Source: an uncultured delta proteobacterium | GTDB taxonomy: Bacteria; Myxococcota; B64-G9 | Assembly (NCBI GenBank): GCA_963754925.1 | Contig: CAVWHX010000012.1 | Span: forward strand, 115,914-179,913 | Direction of reading: 5' to 3' | DNA: 64,000 nucleotides | Part shown: in pieces, positions 41,013 through 51,774 of the stretch | Position numbering within the stretch: the stretch's first letter is position 1 | Layout of the letters: each line of letters starts with the position of its first letter | Position numbers and translations under genes: made by a program | Notes under the pieces: model-generated | The model's database searches: none | What the model was told of the DNA's origin: nothing | Seen by the model: only the letters and a program-made list of their open reading frames with translations

Positions 41013-42854
41013 CTAATTACTGGGGGTCACACAGGTTGAATTAGCAAAGTCCAAACTGAATTCCGTCGCCTTCACAAAATCAGTATCTTTCAGGGTTATT
41101 TCTCCGGTTACCGGGATTTTATAGTCCGGCTCGACATATACCGCGCGCACACACGCCACCCGAAAACGTCCGGGCTCCAGTGGATTGTCGCTTGAAGTCT
41201 GATCGAACCACAGCACAATATCGTTGTAGCCGCGCGTTGGGGCGCCAATGCGCTTGAGGGTGGTCACCAGCGTTATGTGTTGGACATCAAATTCATAGCA
41301 TTGTTGGTCCTGATTTTCGGAGGCGACCGGTTGAATCTCGTAATAGTAGCGATACGTGTTCCAAAGCTCATTATCCGCTCGAATCGGATCGGTGTGGAAC
41401 AGCAACTCGTCGCCATTGCGGTGACCGTCGGCGTCCGGATCATCGGCTGTATCGTCCCGCAACGGGTCGGTGCCCATCTGGACCTCCATGAGGTCCGGAA
41501 ACCCATCCCCGTCGGTGTCAACCAAGTTGGGGTTGGTTCCCAAAAATGCTTCCTCACAATTCAGAAGCCCGTCGCCGTCCCAGTCGGCGAAATCAGCACA
41601 TTTCAAATCCCCGGCGGGAAGATTTGGATTTAAGGGATCAAATCCGGCGTTACTGTAGCGAACCTCGATTAAATCGCGGTAGCCATCGCCATCCGTATCG
41701 ACCAAAAGCGGATTGGTCCCCAGTTGATACTCCTCATCATCGGACAGACCATCCCCGTCCGAGTCGGCCACAAAAATCGCGCCGGAGGGAAGGGCTTGCA
41801 TATTGGTAACTATTAGATTTTTGAGGAGATAGTTGCTTTTAATTGAAGTGTAATCAATATTCAGGAAATTGATATCCTGACCGGAAGTAAAGTCGAGGAA
41901 GATGCCGTTTCCCTGCTGCGCCATCTCGCTCAACAGCGCTCGTCCACGCACCGGATCGAGGTTATAGGCAGCCTCTGCAGCCGCGCAGAGCGCCGAGGTC
42001 GGATTGCCGTATTGATCGCGACAGTAGAGAAACGCCGTGTTAAATCGCAGTTCACCAACGTGAAAGGCGGTTTTGAGGTCCATAATTTGATTAACGAGCT
42101 GAATAATCTGATTGTCAGTGTTGTAGTTCGTGCCATCCTGGAGCAGGGGAAAGAGTTGGGTATCGCTGCCGTCGTGCTGGAGCGCCACTTGATCCATATT
42201 GAGGAAGGTGTTGGACGATACACAAAAGACCTGCAAATCTTGGGAGCACGCTGCAGCATAGGTGGGACTATTGGGATCGGTTGAGCATCCGTAACAAACC
42301 GGATCGGGAGTACCGTCAGAAAAGAATATGATCACGTATTTGGTTCGACTGAGATCAGCCTGGGTTCCGTTCTGCATGTCTTTGAGTAATTCCCCATAGG
42401 CGACACCGAGCGCGCCTTGATAGTCAGTCATCGAGTCGGCTTCAAGAAGCCCGGCGGGGCCGAAAATATTATCTTCATTGCCCGTGAGATTGTTTTGGAA
42501 ACCCTGGGTAAGTTTCACCACCCGGCCATTGAACTTGATTATGTCGAAATATACTTGCGGATTGTTTGCATATTGCTGTACAACCTGACGTATCGCTTCC
42601 ACACGATGATCGCCCTCGTCGGTTTGCTGAAGGCTTCCGGAGCAGTCCACGATAAACATGATCTTAACCGGAAAGCTCGTGTTGTCCGGTGGGTCAACGC
42701 AAATCTGACCATGGATATGAAGCTGGTTGTCGACTTGTGGAACAGCAATTTGTTGATTTACCTCAACATTGCTGTCGGTGCAGGAATACACTCCGACAAG
42801 AAAAATACAAAACACAAAACCCTCAAAACCACACCCCTTCTTGGCACTTTTCAT
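41013..42854 (-). CDS. VWA-domain lipoprotein with Ca-binding repeats (MtsD-like, paralog 1)
   Basis: VYSC-TDS; MIDAS DCSGS...T...SDG; DSDGDGLSD..E..LGTNP repeats; start reassigned to ATG 42854 with GGAGG SD. Confidence 0.88.
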   Translation of the reverse strand: MKSAKKGCGFEGFVFCIFLVGVYSCTDSNVEVNQQIAVPQVDNQLHIHGQICVDPPDNTSFPVKIMFIVDCSGSLQQTDEGDHRVEAIRQVVQQYANNPQVYFDIIKFNGRVVKLTQGFQNNLTGNEDNIFGPAGLLEADSMTDYQGALGVAYGELLKDMQNGTQADLSRTKYVIIFFSDGTPDPVCYGCSTDPNSPTYAAACSQDLQVFCVSSNTFLNMDQVALQHDGSDTQLFPLLQDGTNYNTDNQIIQLVNQIMDLKTAFHVGELRFNTAFLYCRDQYGNPTSALCAAAEAAYNLDPVRGRALLSEMAQQGNGIFLDFTSGQDINFLNIDYTSIKSNYLLKNLIVTNMQALPSGAIFVADSDGDGLSDDEEYQLGTNPLLVDTDGDGYRDLIEVRYSNAGFDPLNPNLPAGDLKCADFADWDGDGLLNCEEAFLGTNPNLVDTDGDGFPDLMEVQMGTDPLRDDTADDPDADGHRNGDELLFHTDPIRADNELWNTYRYYYEIQPVASENQDQQCYEFDVQHITLVTTLKRIGAPTRGYNDIVLWFDQTSSDNPLEPGRFRVACVRAVYVEPDYKIPVTGEITLKDTDFVKATEFSLDFANSTCVTPSN

Positions 42855-42978
42855 GCCCGCCTCCTGCCCCTCGCTTCTGAGCAATCCACCGGTAGTTTGA
42901 GTATTATCCCAACTATCCGAAGGAATTGCAAGAAAGGTAACCCTTGGGCTAAAGAAATCCTCATAAATTGAAAACAAT

Positions 42979-42995
42979 ATGCAAAATCAGAGCCA
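42979..42995 (-). promoter_or_regulatory. Sigma-54 promoter of the VWA/Mts-like operon
   Basis: TGGCTCTGATTTTGCAT, GG-N10-GC; AT-rich upstream tract including IHF-like TAACAATGAATTA. Confidence 0.65.
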
Positions 42996-43179
42996 TAATA
43001 GGCATCTTTTAATTACATATAACATATTGTAATTAAATGATATTTTATCTCCAATTCGGTCAGTAAATTGACCACATGAAGCATTTCGGTTTCATTTTGC
43101 CACCAATATTAATAATATTATTTAATAACAATGAATTACATATGAAAAGTTTTCAATCTTCTCGGAAAACAACTGCGCT

Positions 43180-44544
43180 CTATCCGAGGTCATCGAGATC
43201 GGAGATCTTGATTCTGTTCTTGCGGAGGAGGCGGTGGAGGCTTTGCCTGTGGATGCCGGCAGTTTTCGCAGCGGCAGAAATGTTATTGTTATGCTGGCGT
43301 AAAAGATCGATTAAGTACTCGTACTCGGCTTGGTCTTTGGCCTGATTGAATGTCAGGTACCCACGGCTACCGGTGTGTGGGTAGCGAGAGGCAGGCTCCT
43401 GACCAGACAGGGTTGCGGACATAAGCGAGGTTTGATCGATTACCCGCTCGTCGACTAAATGCGCCACGCGCTCGATAACGTTGCGCAATTCCCGCACATT
43501 GCCCGGCCAGTCGTGACGCATGAGGAACCGCAACGCATTGGTATCAAACCGGCGTTCCGAATCGCTGGTCAATGTCTGCAAAAACTGGCGAGCAAGCAAG
43601 GGGATATCTTCCGTATGTTCGCGCAAGGGTGGAACGTTCAATTCAAATACGCTCAAGCGAAAGAATAAATCCTCCCGGAACCGACCAGCCTCGACCTCTC
43701 CCTGCAGATTACGGTTGGTGGCCGCCAGAATGCGCACATCGACGGGTTCTTTTTCGGTCGCGCCGACTTTCTTGATCTCATGTTGTTCCAGGACCCGAAG
43801 GAGCTTTGGCTGCAATGCGGCCGGCAGCTCGCCGATCTCATCCAATAAGAGACTCCCGCCCTGGGTCGCCTCGAACGCGCCGACATGCGCGTCAACCGCA
43901 CCGGTGAAGGCGCCCTTGACGTGACCGAAGAGCTCTGTTTCCATCAGGTGCGTCGGAATCGTGGCGCAGTCAACGACCAAAAACGGCGCGGCGCAGCGCG
44001 GACTGTGGGTGTGGAGCTCCTCGGCCAGCAATCCCTTACCGGTTCCGGTCTCGCCGGTTATTAATACCGTGGTATCGCGCGCAGCCACTCGATCGGCCAA
44101 GTAGAATAGCGCGCGCATCTTCAGGCTTTTCCCCAGCAAGCGGCCAAAGGATTCCTGGGGATACAGCGGGATCTCAACCCGTTCCTGCAATGGCTCAAAC
44201 GCCAGCACCACGCCGCCCAGCCGTATGTGCGCGCCGGGGTGCAGCAACGCTTCTTTTATCCAGCAATGCTCAACCGCCGTGCCGTTGGTGCTGCCTAGAT
44301 CGCGAATGAGGTACCCTTCTTCGGTGACACCGATCTCACAATGCTTGCGCGAAACAGTCTCGTCCAGCAACACCAGGTCGTTTTCACGGCTGGTGCCGAT
44401 TCGAACCAGATCGCGATCCATGACAAACTCGCGACCCTGGCCTGGCCCTTCGACGACCACCAGTTTGAACTTGTTGTACGTCAGGGTGTCGGTCTGGCCA
44501 CTGTGGGAGATAATCAGGGTCTTCTTGCGTGCAAACTTAGTCAT
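43180..44544 (-). CDS. FHA-domain sigma-54-dependent transcriptional activator (bEBP)
   Basis: FHA (IGTS...VSRKHC...DLGSTNGT), Walker A GETGTGKG, ELFGHVKGAFTGA, LLDEIGE, WPGNVREL, C-terminal Fis-type HTH. Confidence 0.95.
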   Translation of the reverse strand: MTKFARKKTLIISHSGQTDTLTYNKFKLVVVEGPGQGREFVMDRDLVRIGTSRENDLVLLDETVSRKHCEIGVTEEGYLIRDLGSTNGTAVEHCWIKEALLHPGAHIRLGGVVLAFEPLQERVEIPLYPQESFGRLLGKSLKMRALFYLADRVAARDTTVLITGETGTGKGLLAEELHTHSPRCAAPFLVVDCATIPTHLMETELFGHVKGAFTGAVDAHVGAFEATQGGSLLLDEIGELPAALQPKLLRVLEQHEIKKVGATEKEPVDVRILAATNRNLQGEVEAGRFREDLFFRLSVFELNVPPLREHTEDIPLLARQFLQTLTSDSERRFDTNALRFLMRHDWPGNVRELRNVIERVAHLVDERVIDQTSLMSATLSGQEPASRYPHTGSRGYLTFNQAKDQAEYEYLIDLLRQHNNNISAAAKTAGIHRQSLHRLLRKNRIKISDLDDLG

Positions 44545-44594
44545 ACTGCGCCCTAAACCTTCATCCGGTTGAAAATATTAACGCACGCCGGGGA

Positions 44595-47500
44595 TCAAAA
44601 AACCCCGACATTAAAGTGCACCGTCCAGAGCAGCTCCTCATATGCGGGATCCGGGGATAAGTTAAATCCGAAGTCAACGGCTATCGGCCCAATGGGCGTT
44701 ATGAAGCGCACGCCGAAGCCAGCCGCCTTGCGGATTTTCATCAGGTCGAAATTCTTCGGGTCCATCCACAAATTACCGATATCCACAAACAAAGCCCCTT
44801 CCACTATATCCGAAAACATTGGGAATCGAAACTCGCCCTTCGCCAGCCAATAAGCGTTTCCGCCCAGCGAGATGCATTGGGTGGCAGAAGATTGGGTTGA
44901 ACTTACGTTGCATGCAGGCTGATCCTGAGGAATGAGATTCTCTTCGTCATAACTGCGAATGGAATTTCGACCTCCCAGATAAAACAACTTATTCGAGGGG
45001 GTTTTTGAATTCTGAACAAGATTATGTATCACCCCACCCCTCATCGATACCGCCAGGGTGCTCTTTTTCCCCAGCGGCAAGTAGCCGGTGATCGATCCGT
45101 CAACTTTGAGCAAAAACACGGTGTGTCCCGAGGTGAGACTATTGATAAGTTCCATGCGCAGGGTAACGAGGCTGCCGCTATGGGGATTGAAGATGTTGTC
45201 GCGACGGTCCCAGGATATTTGCGGACGCACGCTGCCCAAAAAGAAGGTGCCCTGATCGTAACGAAGGGAAGGCAGAGGAGCGGTTGTAGTTCCACAGTTT
45301 GGCACCAAATCCGGGCAGGTCAAGTTGGTATGCTCGAGCTCGTACTCCACGGTAAGATTCACCTGTGGCGTAAGTTTTACATCAATTCCGGGAACAAGTG
45401 AAACCTTGGTGAGGTCATACGAGAGTGCATGCAGTTGTAGACCGACCAGATCAACCCGGGCCGATATGCCTTTTCCGAGCCACCATACCTGGGGCCAATG
45501 CAAACCGGTTAACACCCATCCCTCCAACCCCTCCCAAAAGCTCAAATGTTCGTAACGTGTTCGCAAGGGTTCGGATAAAATTGGGTAAAATACCTGGTAG
45601 TTGACCCGGGCGCGCCCGACAAACTCCATGGCGTACCCAAATAGATTTCGTTGATTGTACCCCAGCTCTAAGCGTATGCCTTCGCCCGACGATAGCCCGG
45701 GAGAAAGGGTGAGTACATGTAATGATTGTTCGCGGACATTTACCACCACATCCTTTTCCGCTTCGGGGTTTTCTGGTTCGAGCAATTTGATCTCAACCTT
45801 CGAGAAGACGCCGAGATCAAGCAAATCTCCCTGACTCAGTTTTGCTTCCTCCGGTGAGTAGATCTGTCCGGGGTGCAACCTTAGCGTGTGATCGAAAACT
45901 TGACGTTTCGTATATAGATTGCCGCGAATCAGTATCCGTCGCACCCGTACCTGCGGGCCTTCTTGTATCTCAAACAGCACTTCAGCGAACAATCGGTCTT
46001 CTGAAAATGTTACCTTTTGATTGACCTGGCAATAGATATAGCCGCGTTGCGAGTAGTTCTGCATGATTTCTTTACGCAGCCCCTCAACGTTGTACAGATT
46101 GAGCGGCTTTCCCGGTTGGGCCAACCCCGATTTAGCCTCAGCCAAGCGCATAAGTTCATCGGACGCCACGGCCTGGTTGCCGTCAAACGTAATCGCCGAC
46201 AAGAAGGTTTGCACACCTTCGGTGATAGAAATGCTAACGTTCAGACGGGCGCCGCTTCGGTCGAACGACAGTATCGGATCGCCCACCTCCAAATCCAGGA
46301 ATCCTTTGCTTTGATACAGATCCTTGATTTTTTCGAGAGCATCATCGTAAGCTTTTTGCACGTATACCGTCTCGGGGTTCACGTCAAACCAAAAACCCTT
46401 TGGCCAAAAAGCCGTTCGGTTATCGCTCGGAAGCGGAAAGCCACCGCCAAACGTCTCCACAGCCCCGCGTTCTATCGGTTGATCAAAGACGGGTTGTTGA
46501 ATGGCATCGAGCAGCGCGTCATTGAGAAACGCACGCAGTTGATCAGCATCAAACGCGTGGTTGCCGATAAATTGAACTCGCTGCACGGCAACCCGCGGGC
46601 CTTCGTCAATTTTAAAGACAATCTCTTTGCGATTCTGTTTTGGTTCATCCGCCACCTGTGCAGTGACGCTCATGTGGGTAAAGCCTTGTCTCTGGTAGAT
46701 GTCCTGAATGCGATCGGTGAGATCGTGGATTCGAGTCGATGAAAAATTAACTTGTTTTTTCAAATTAAGCGCGTCGAGCAGCGTTTTGTTGTCGATGGTG
46801 CTGTTGCCGACAAACTTAAAGGAAATCTGCGGACCGGATTGTATGTCGAACGTCAATGCCTCCAATAGGGATTCGTGCTCGCGATCCGCGGCCGGTTCGG
46901 GGATGGTTGGAGGCCGCACCACAACTTCGAGGTAACCGGCTTGGTGGTAGAAATCGGTAAGACTCTTCGTTGCTTTTTGGATGCGCTCCTCATCCAACTT
47001 GTCGCCCGAATCGATTCCCGCCTCCTCGGCAACTTTGGACCGCGGAAAAGCGAGCTGACCGGTAAACGTAACGCTGGATACTCGGGTGACCGGTCCTTCC
47101 TGGATATAGTAGCGTACCTCGACGTCGCCTTTTTCTGGCCCCTCAGCGCGGGCGATGACCTGCGTGCGGCGATAGCCGCGTTTTCGGTACAAGACGAGAA
47201 TATCGTTAGCGGCCAACTCCATCGTGCCGTTATCGTACTCGTCGCCGCGCGCAAACTTCACGAGACGCGCGAGTTCGCCGGTGCCTATCGCGTCGTTGCC
47301 GATGAATTGAAGCGCCAAGACGCGACGTATCGGCTCTACCTGAAACGTGACGGCAACTCCCCCCGCGTCAGGATGGGCTACGGCGCGCACCTGGCCGAAC
47401 AAGCCCAACTGGTAGAGTACGGTTATCGAGCGGCGCACTGCTTGGATCGAAAAAGAATCTCCCGGATGGATTTCAATATAGCCGAAAAGTTCGGTCTGGT

Positions 47501-47657
47501 TCGGCTGGGTCGGTGAAAAACTCACGGCCGTGACACGTTGACCATGCAGGGAGGACGCGTCCGCGGCCTGTGTCCAAGGCTCGAAAAGCACCACCAGTAT
47601 AAGAGTGAGTACCGCGAGCGCGGACCTCGAGAATTCTTTTGAGAAACTCGGCGCCAC
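44595..47657 (-). CDS. Omp85-family outer-membrane assembly factor (BamA/TamA-like, multiple POTRA domains)
   Basis: Repeated V..I.F.GN POTRA starts; FYLGGRNSIRSY, GFGVRFITPIGPIAVDFG, terminal F; likely GTG start right after the tamB stop. Confidence 0.9.
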   Translation of the reverse strand: MAPSFSKEFSRSALAVLTLILVVLFEPWTQAADASSLHGQRVTAVSFSPTQPNQTELFGYIEIHPGDSFSIQAVRRSITVLYQLGLFGQVRAVAHPDAGGVAVTFQVEPIRRVLALQFIGNDAIGTGELARLVKFARGDEYDNGTMELAANDILVLYRKRGYRRTQVIARAEGPEKGDVEVRYYIQEGPVTRVSSVTFTGQLAFPRSKVAEEAGIDSGDKLDEERIQKATKSLTDFYHQAGYLEVVVRPPTIPEPAADREHESLLEALTFDIQSGPQISFKFVGNSTIDNKTLLDALNLKKQVNFSSTRIHDLTDRIQDIYQRQGFTHMSVTAQVADEPKQNRKEIVFKIDEGPRVAVQRVQFIGNHAFDADQLRAFLNDALLDAIQQPVFDQPIERGAVETFGGGFPLPSDNRTAFWPKGFWFDVNPETVYVQKAYDDALEKIKDLYQSKGFLDLEVGDPILSFDRSGARLNVSISITEGVQTFLSAITFDGNQAVASDELMRLAEAKSGLAQPGKPLNLYNVEGLRKEIMQNYSQRGYIYCQVNQKVTFSEDRLFAEVLFEIQEGPQVRVRRILIRGNLYTKRQVFDHTLRLHPGQIYSPEEAKLSQGDLLDLGVFSKVEIKLLEPENPEAEKDVVVNVREQSLHVLTLSPGLSSGEGIRLELGYNQRNLFGYAMEFVGRARVNYQVFYPILSEPLRTRYEHLSFWEGLEGWVLTGLHWPQVWWLGKGISARVDLVGLQLHALSYDLTKVSLVPGIDVKLTPQVNLTVEYELEHTNLTCPDLVPNCGTTTAPLPSLRYDQGTFFLGSVRPQISWDRRDNIFNPHSGSLVTLRMELINSLTSGHTVFLLKVDGSITGYLPLGKKSTLAVSMRGGVIHNLVQNSKTPSNKLFYLGGRNSIRSYDEENLIPQDQPACNVSSTQSSATQCISLGGNAYWLAKGEFRFPMFSDIVEGALFVDIGNLWMDPKNFDLMKIRKAAGFGVRFITPIGPIAVDFGFNLSPDPAYEELLWTVHFNVGVF

Positions 47658-47658
47658 C

Positions 47659-50600
47659 TCACCACTCCCAATGCCAACGTAAGTCCGTCCCAAAATCGCC
47701 CTGGTTATATAGCGGTGAACCTTCCCAACGTAATCGGGTGGACATCTCATCGGTTATCTGGTACGAAAGATCAACTATCTGATCGTTAATATCGAACAGC
47801 GCCCGGTTGTAATCCATACTCAATTTATCGCTGATGACGGGAATCGCAACACCGGTTTCCAACCAGGGCTCGGTGGTCTGCGTGAGTGAGGGAAACGGCT
47901 CCGCAGGCGAATGTACTTGGGTTGAATCAAATCGGATTGAAAGATCTGACCCAGGCGCCGGCTTAGTCCCATTTGTTGCAATAAAATATCGCCGACCGGT
48001 CCGACGGAATCCTTTCCCTTAAGCGCCTGGACGTCGCGGCTGGTAACACCGAGCAACAGCAAGGTGATGATATCTCGCTGGTCGAGCGAAGGGCTGGAGC
48101 GTAGTCCAACCTTTACGCTATCTCCTTCTCCGATCAAGTGTAATTCCACCTGATATTCGGTCACGCCCTCTTCGCCACGATCAACAGTCTCAAGCCGCGA
48201 TGCCGTTATATCGATATGCGGAACAACAGCGAATTCGTCTTCGAAACGCACCCGTGCGGTCCGGACATCGAATTCCTTATTGAGATAGGACAGTTGACCC
48301 GAAAGGGATTCCATCTCTCCCTTGAGACCGAGGCGTTCATTGGTGCCGGTCACGCGCAGATGGCCCTGCATCTCGGATTGAAAACCCACTAAATCGAGGT
48401 TATAGACGACCTGAAATTTCCCCGGGAAGGCCAGATTCAGGTTGAACGCGAGCTTCTCCCGGCGTCGGTCGTAGGCACGGGTGGTCTGAGCATGGTGCCT
48501 TTGAAAAATGCCCTCGCTGAGAGAGACAAGCGTCATGTGTTCATCATACGCACCGTTCTCTATATTGATATCGCCATCGAGCTTCGGTATGTCGCCGAAC
48601 GTACCCGACAACCTCAGGATTCCGGTGCCGACACCCCACAGTCTATCGGTCACGTCGTAGCGCACGTGATCGACATCGATGGTGAGCGCCACGGCGCCGG
48701 GCTTGAAATTCTGCAAGTCAACCCAACCTTGGGCCGAGAAGCTTCCGTCGCCGGCTTCACCACGCAGGCCCGTAATCTCCAACCGCCCCGGTTTCAACCG
48801 AAAATTTCCATTGAGCTGACTCAGCTCCAACGGAAGGCCTTTCGTTCGCAATACTTCGGCGTTCATATCGATTGCCCCGGATAACTCCAGGGCCTGCCAC
48901 GTTCCTCCGAGCGCGAGGCGCAGATTGGTCGTTCCCGCTGCTTGTGTGATGGCATCAGTGAGGAGCGGCAACACCATAAGTCCGACGTTTCCACTCATAG
49001 TCAACCGAGGGCCATCCTTGAGGGAGAGTTGGCCGCCGAAGCTGAGCTCCGTTGCCGTCCCGCTGATAGCGGCATTTTCAACTTTTATTACGTTATTCTC
49101 TAATGTTAGCTCTATGGGGCCGCGGTTTTCTATCCGCATCCCGACCGCCTCAACAGTTAACTGCGTAAGCTGCAACCGTCCGCGCACCTGGGTCGGAAAC
49201 AGCAAACGGCCCTCAACATCGAGTGTTCCCCGCGCCGCCAGTTGCAGGTTGAACTCTTTCCCTATCCAGGTTAAGAGCCGCCCGAGATTCTGATCGTTAA
49301 TCCCTACATGCGCCGTATAGGGCAGGCCCTGTTGCAGCTGCGCCTCGCCCGAGAGCTCGATGCTGGTGCCGAGAAAGTGACCGTTGACCTTGATCGACTC
49401 TGCGGATACATCGGCTGAGACAAACGAGTCTTCGACGTCCTGTCCCATCAGTTTGGTATCGTAAAACTTCACCCAACCCTGGAACGCCGGCGACCGCAGG
49501 GGACCCTTGACATCCAGGCTCAGGTCGAAGCGGAAGTCCACATACTGAAGAAGCGCCTTCAGAGCGCTCACCGACGCCGCCCGTAACCCCGTTGAGTAGG
49601 CCTTGATATCGAGCTCCCGATCGGGCGAAATTCCTCCGCGCGCGTACAACCAGCCGGTTCCCATGCGGGCTTGGAAGGTGTCAAACTGCCAGGCACCGTG
49701 CTCAAGCCGACCGCTTGCGCCTCCCTCCTCGAAAACCTGGTTCCACAGCACCAGGTCTTTAAATTCCACGTTGAATTCAATCTGCGGATCGGTGAGCGAA
49801 CCGCTCGCCGCGATCCGACCGGTTAGCAATCCGTCTATCGGCAGATCCGTTCGTACCCTCAGAAGATTCAAAATATCATGCGGCTTCACCGACTGAAGCT
49901 CAACGTTGCCGCTGACCACAAACGGGGTGAAGAGATCGAGTCCCCCGGAAAAACTGAGCGAGCTCTCCTGGCGGCTCAACACCAATTGATTGGCGGTGAG
50001 GTGGCCGTGGCTGAGTCCAGCGGTTCCCTGCAATTTTCCATACGTCCGGCCGGCCAACGTCAAATTGTCGATCACAAACGAAAACGCAAGTTCCGGTGCA
50101 GGAAAATTACCCGTTACGTCTAGCCCAAACGTTCCTGCACCCGAAACAGCGAGCGGCGCCTGACCGGACAGATCGGCAACTTGCATCTGAGAAGATTGAA
50201 TTCTTGCTGTTACCCCACCATCCTTGAAACCGATCGTACCTTCGGTTGTGATCTGCGTCTGACCAATCTCGAGCAGCGAGGGCGCGATGCGCACCTGACG
50301 CCCGGTAAATTCTGCTCCGGTTTTGAGTTTCGCGTTCCTGAGAAACAATACCGGCTCGCGATTCTGCCCTGGTCGCACGATCAAGGTCTCCAGATCGAGC
50401 TGCATGTCGAGAATAACGAACGCGCCGGGTTTCCCCTGGAACCGGCCGTGGAAATCAAGTGCGCCCGCCCCCCGAAAGGTGATCGGCGTAAAGTGCACTC
50501 CACCCATGATCAGAGCCTCATGCAGGTCGACCTGCCGAAGCTGAAGCGACCCCGCAAAATCCAGTGGCGCGGCCAACATCAGGAAGGCCTTTCCAGAAAT

Positions 50601-51608
50601 AACGCCACCACGGCTCGATGCCTGTATCTCCTCAAGGGCGAGCTGATGCTGATCAATCTGAAAGCGAGAGCGATAGTTCACCCCCGCGACGGTATAGGTG
50701 CCAAATTCTTTGACATCAATTTCACCGCTGGCGGAAAGCTCGTGGTTTTTTCGGCTCGCCAAGCCAGTTACGGTCGCTTGCCCATCCATAGGCGGGATAG
50801 CAGCCGGAAACTGATGCAACAATTCAAGCGGTACGTTCGCCGCAAACGTTACGCTTGGGCTCAACTCGGGTGTCAGGACGATTGGTCCAGACGCGTTGAA
50901 ATCAGCGCTGCCCAATCCAATGTGCAAGCGCGCCAGATCAATTTTTCCCGGCTCTATAGACGCCTTGAGCATTGATTCAGAAAGCGACAATGAGGTGCCT
51001 TGGCCGCCCCGCAGGTCAAGGCTCCCGGAAGCAACGGTCGCCATCAGCTCGAATTGACGGCTTCCTTTTGACAACAACTCGAAATGGCTGTTGTTCAGCC
51101 GCACGAGCGCCCAGTGTTCATACAAGAGATCAACATGCGCATTTACTATTTCCAAATGCTTGAGAACAATTTCATTTTTTTTGCCCGCGCCTGACTCCAG
51201 CGCGCCCATTCCCGACGGCAACTTGAGTTGTGGCAGGTTGGCGACCCGTCCCTGTTCTATGGTCAATGAGAGATTGGGGCGCTCCACGAGCACCTGATCG
51301 ATCCAGAGGCGGCCCGCCAAAAGAGCCGGCACGTCGAGCTCAACTGCTAGGGACGCAACCTCGAGCAGGGGCGACCCGTCTGATGCCCTAAGCTTAACAT
51401 CATGCACTGCAAGGGATGGCGGCAGTAGTCCGAGCTCGCAGGTCGCAATCGATACCGCTGCGCCCAGTTGTTCGTCCAAACTGCGCTGGACCATTTCGCA
51501 CACCCGGCGCGACGCATAGCTGCTCTTGATAAACCACACCCCCCCAACAACGAGGAGCAGCACGAAAAGCAGCACAACTGCAAGCGTTAAAACGGATTTA
51601 TTACGCAT
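47659..51608 (-). CDS. tamB: TamB / AsmA-like translocation-assembly module protein; frameshift near 47892
   Basis: N-terminal TM anchor, long beta-taco repeats, LRSSPSLDQRDIITLLLLG; frame change gives ...TEPWLETG...GDFGTDLRWHWEW*. Confidence 0.82.
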
Positions 51609-51678
51609 CGCTCCTAACCCTTTGAATACACATTGTGGGTTTTAGCCGGGTATCGGCGCGGAAGTAAACTTTTTATTT

Positions 51679-51728
51679 AGAGCCCGTTACGACCGAAGGG
51701 AGTTACGGGCTCTTATCCCCGCCAGGGG
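51679..51728. repeat. Palindromic repeat unit downstream of tRNA-Gly
   Basis: Minus strand CCCC-tggc-GGGG ATA AGAGCCCGTAAC-TCCCTTCGGTC-GTAACGGGCTCT; same architecture as units at 31361-31461. Confidence 0.65.
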
Positions 51729-51774
51729 ATTCGACACAGTCCCCCAACGAAGAAAGGGCTATAATTATTTGCTA

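Noticed and set aside
42854..42977. 41-codon N-terminal extension of the VWA ORF in the track
   Set aside because: It begins immediately at the sigma-54 -12 element and lacks an SD; ATG 42854 has GGAGG and a proper lipoprotein signal.
51715..51746. TCGAATCCCC-containing segment as a tRNA 3' fragment / att site of an integrated element
   Set aside because: It does not match the adjacent tRNA-Gly 3' end, no integrase is present, and it is better explained as part of the palindromic repeat.
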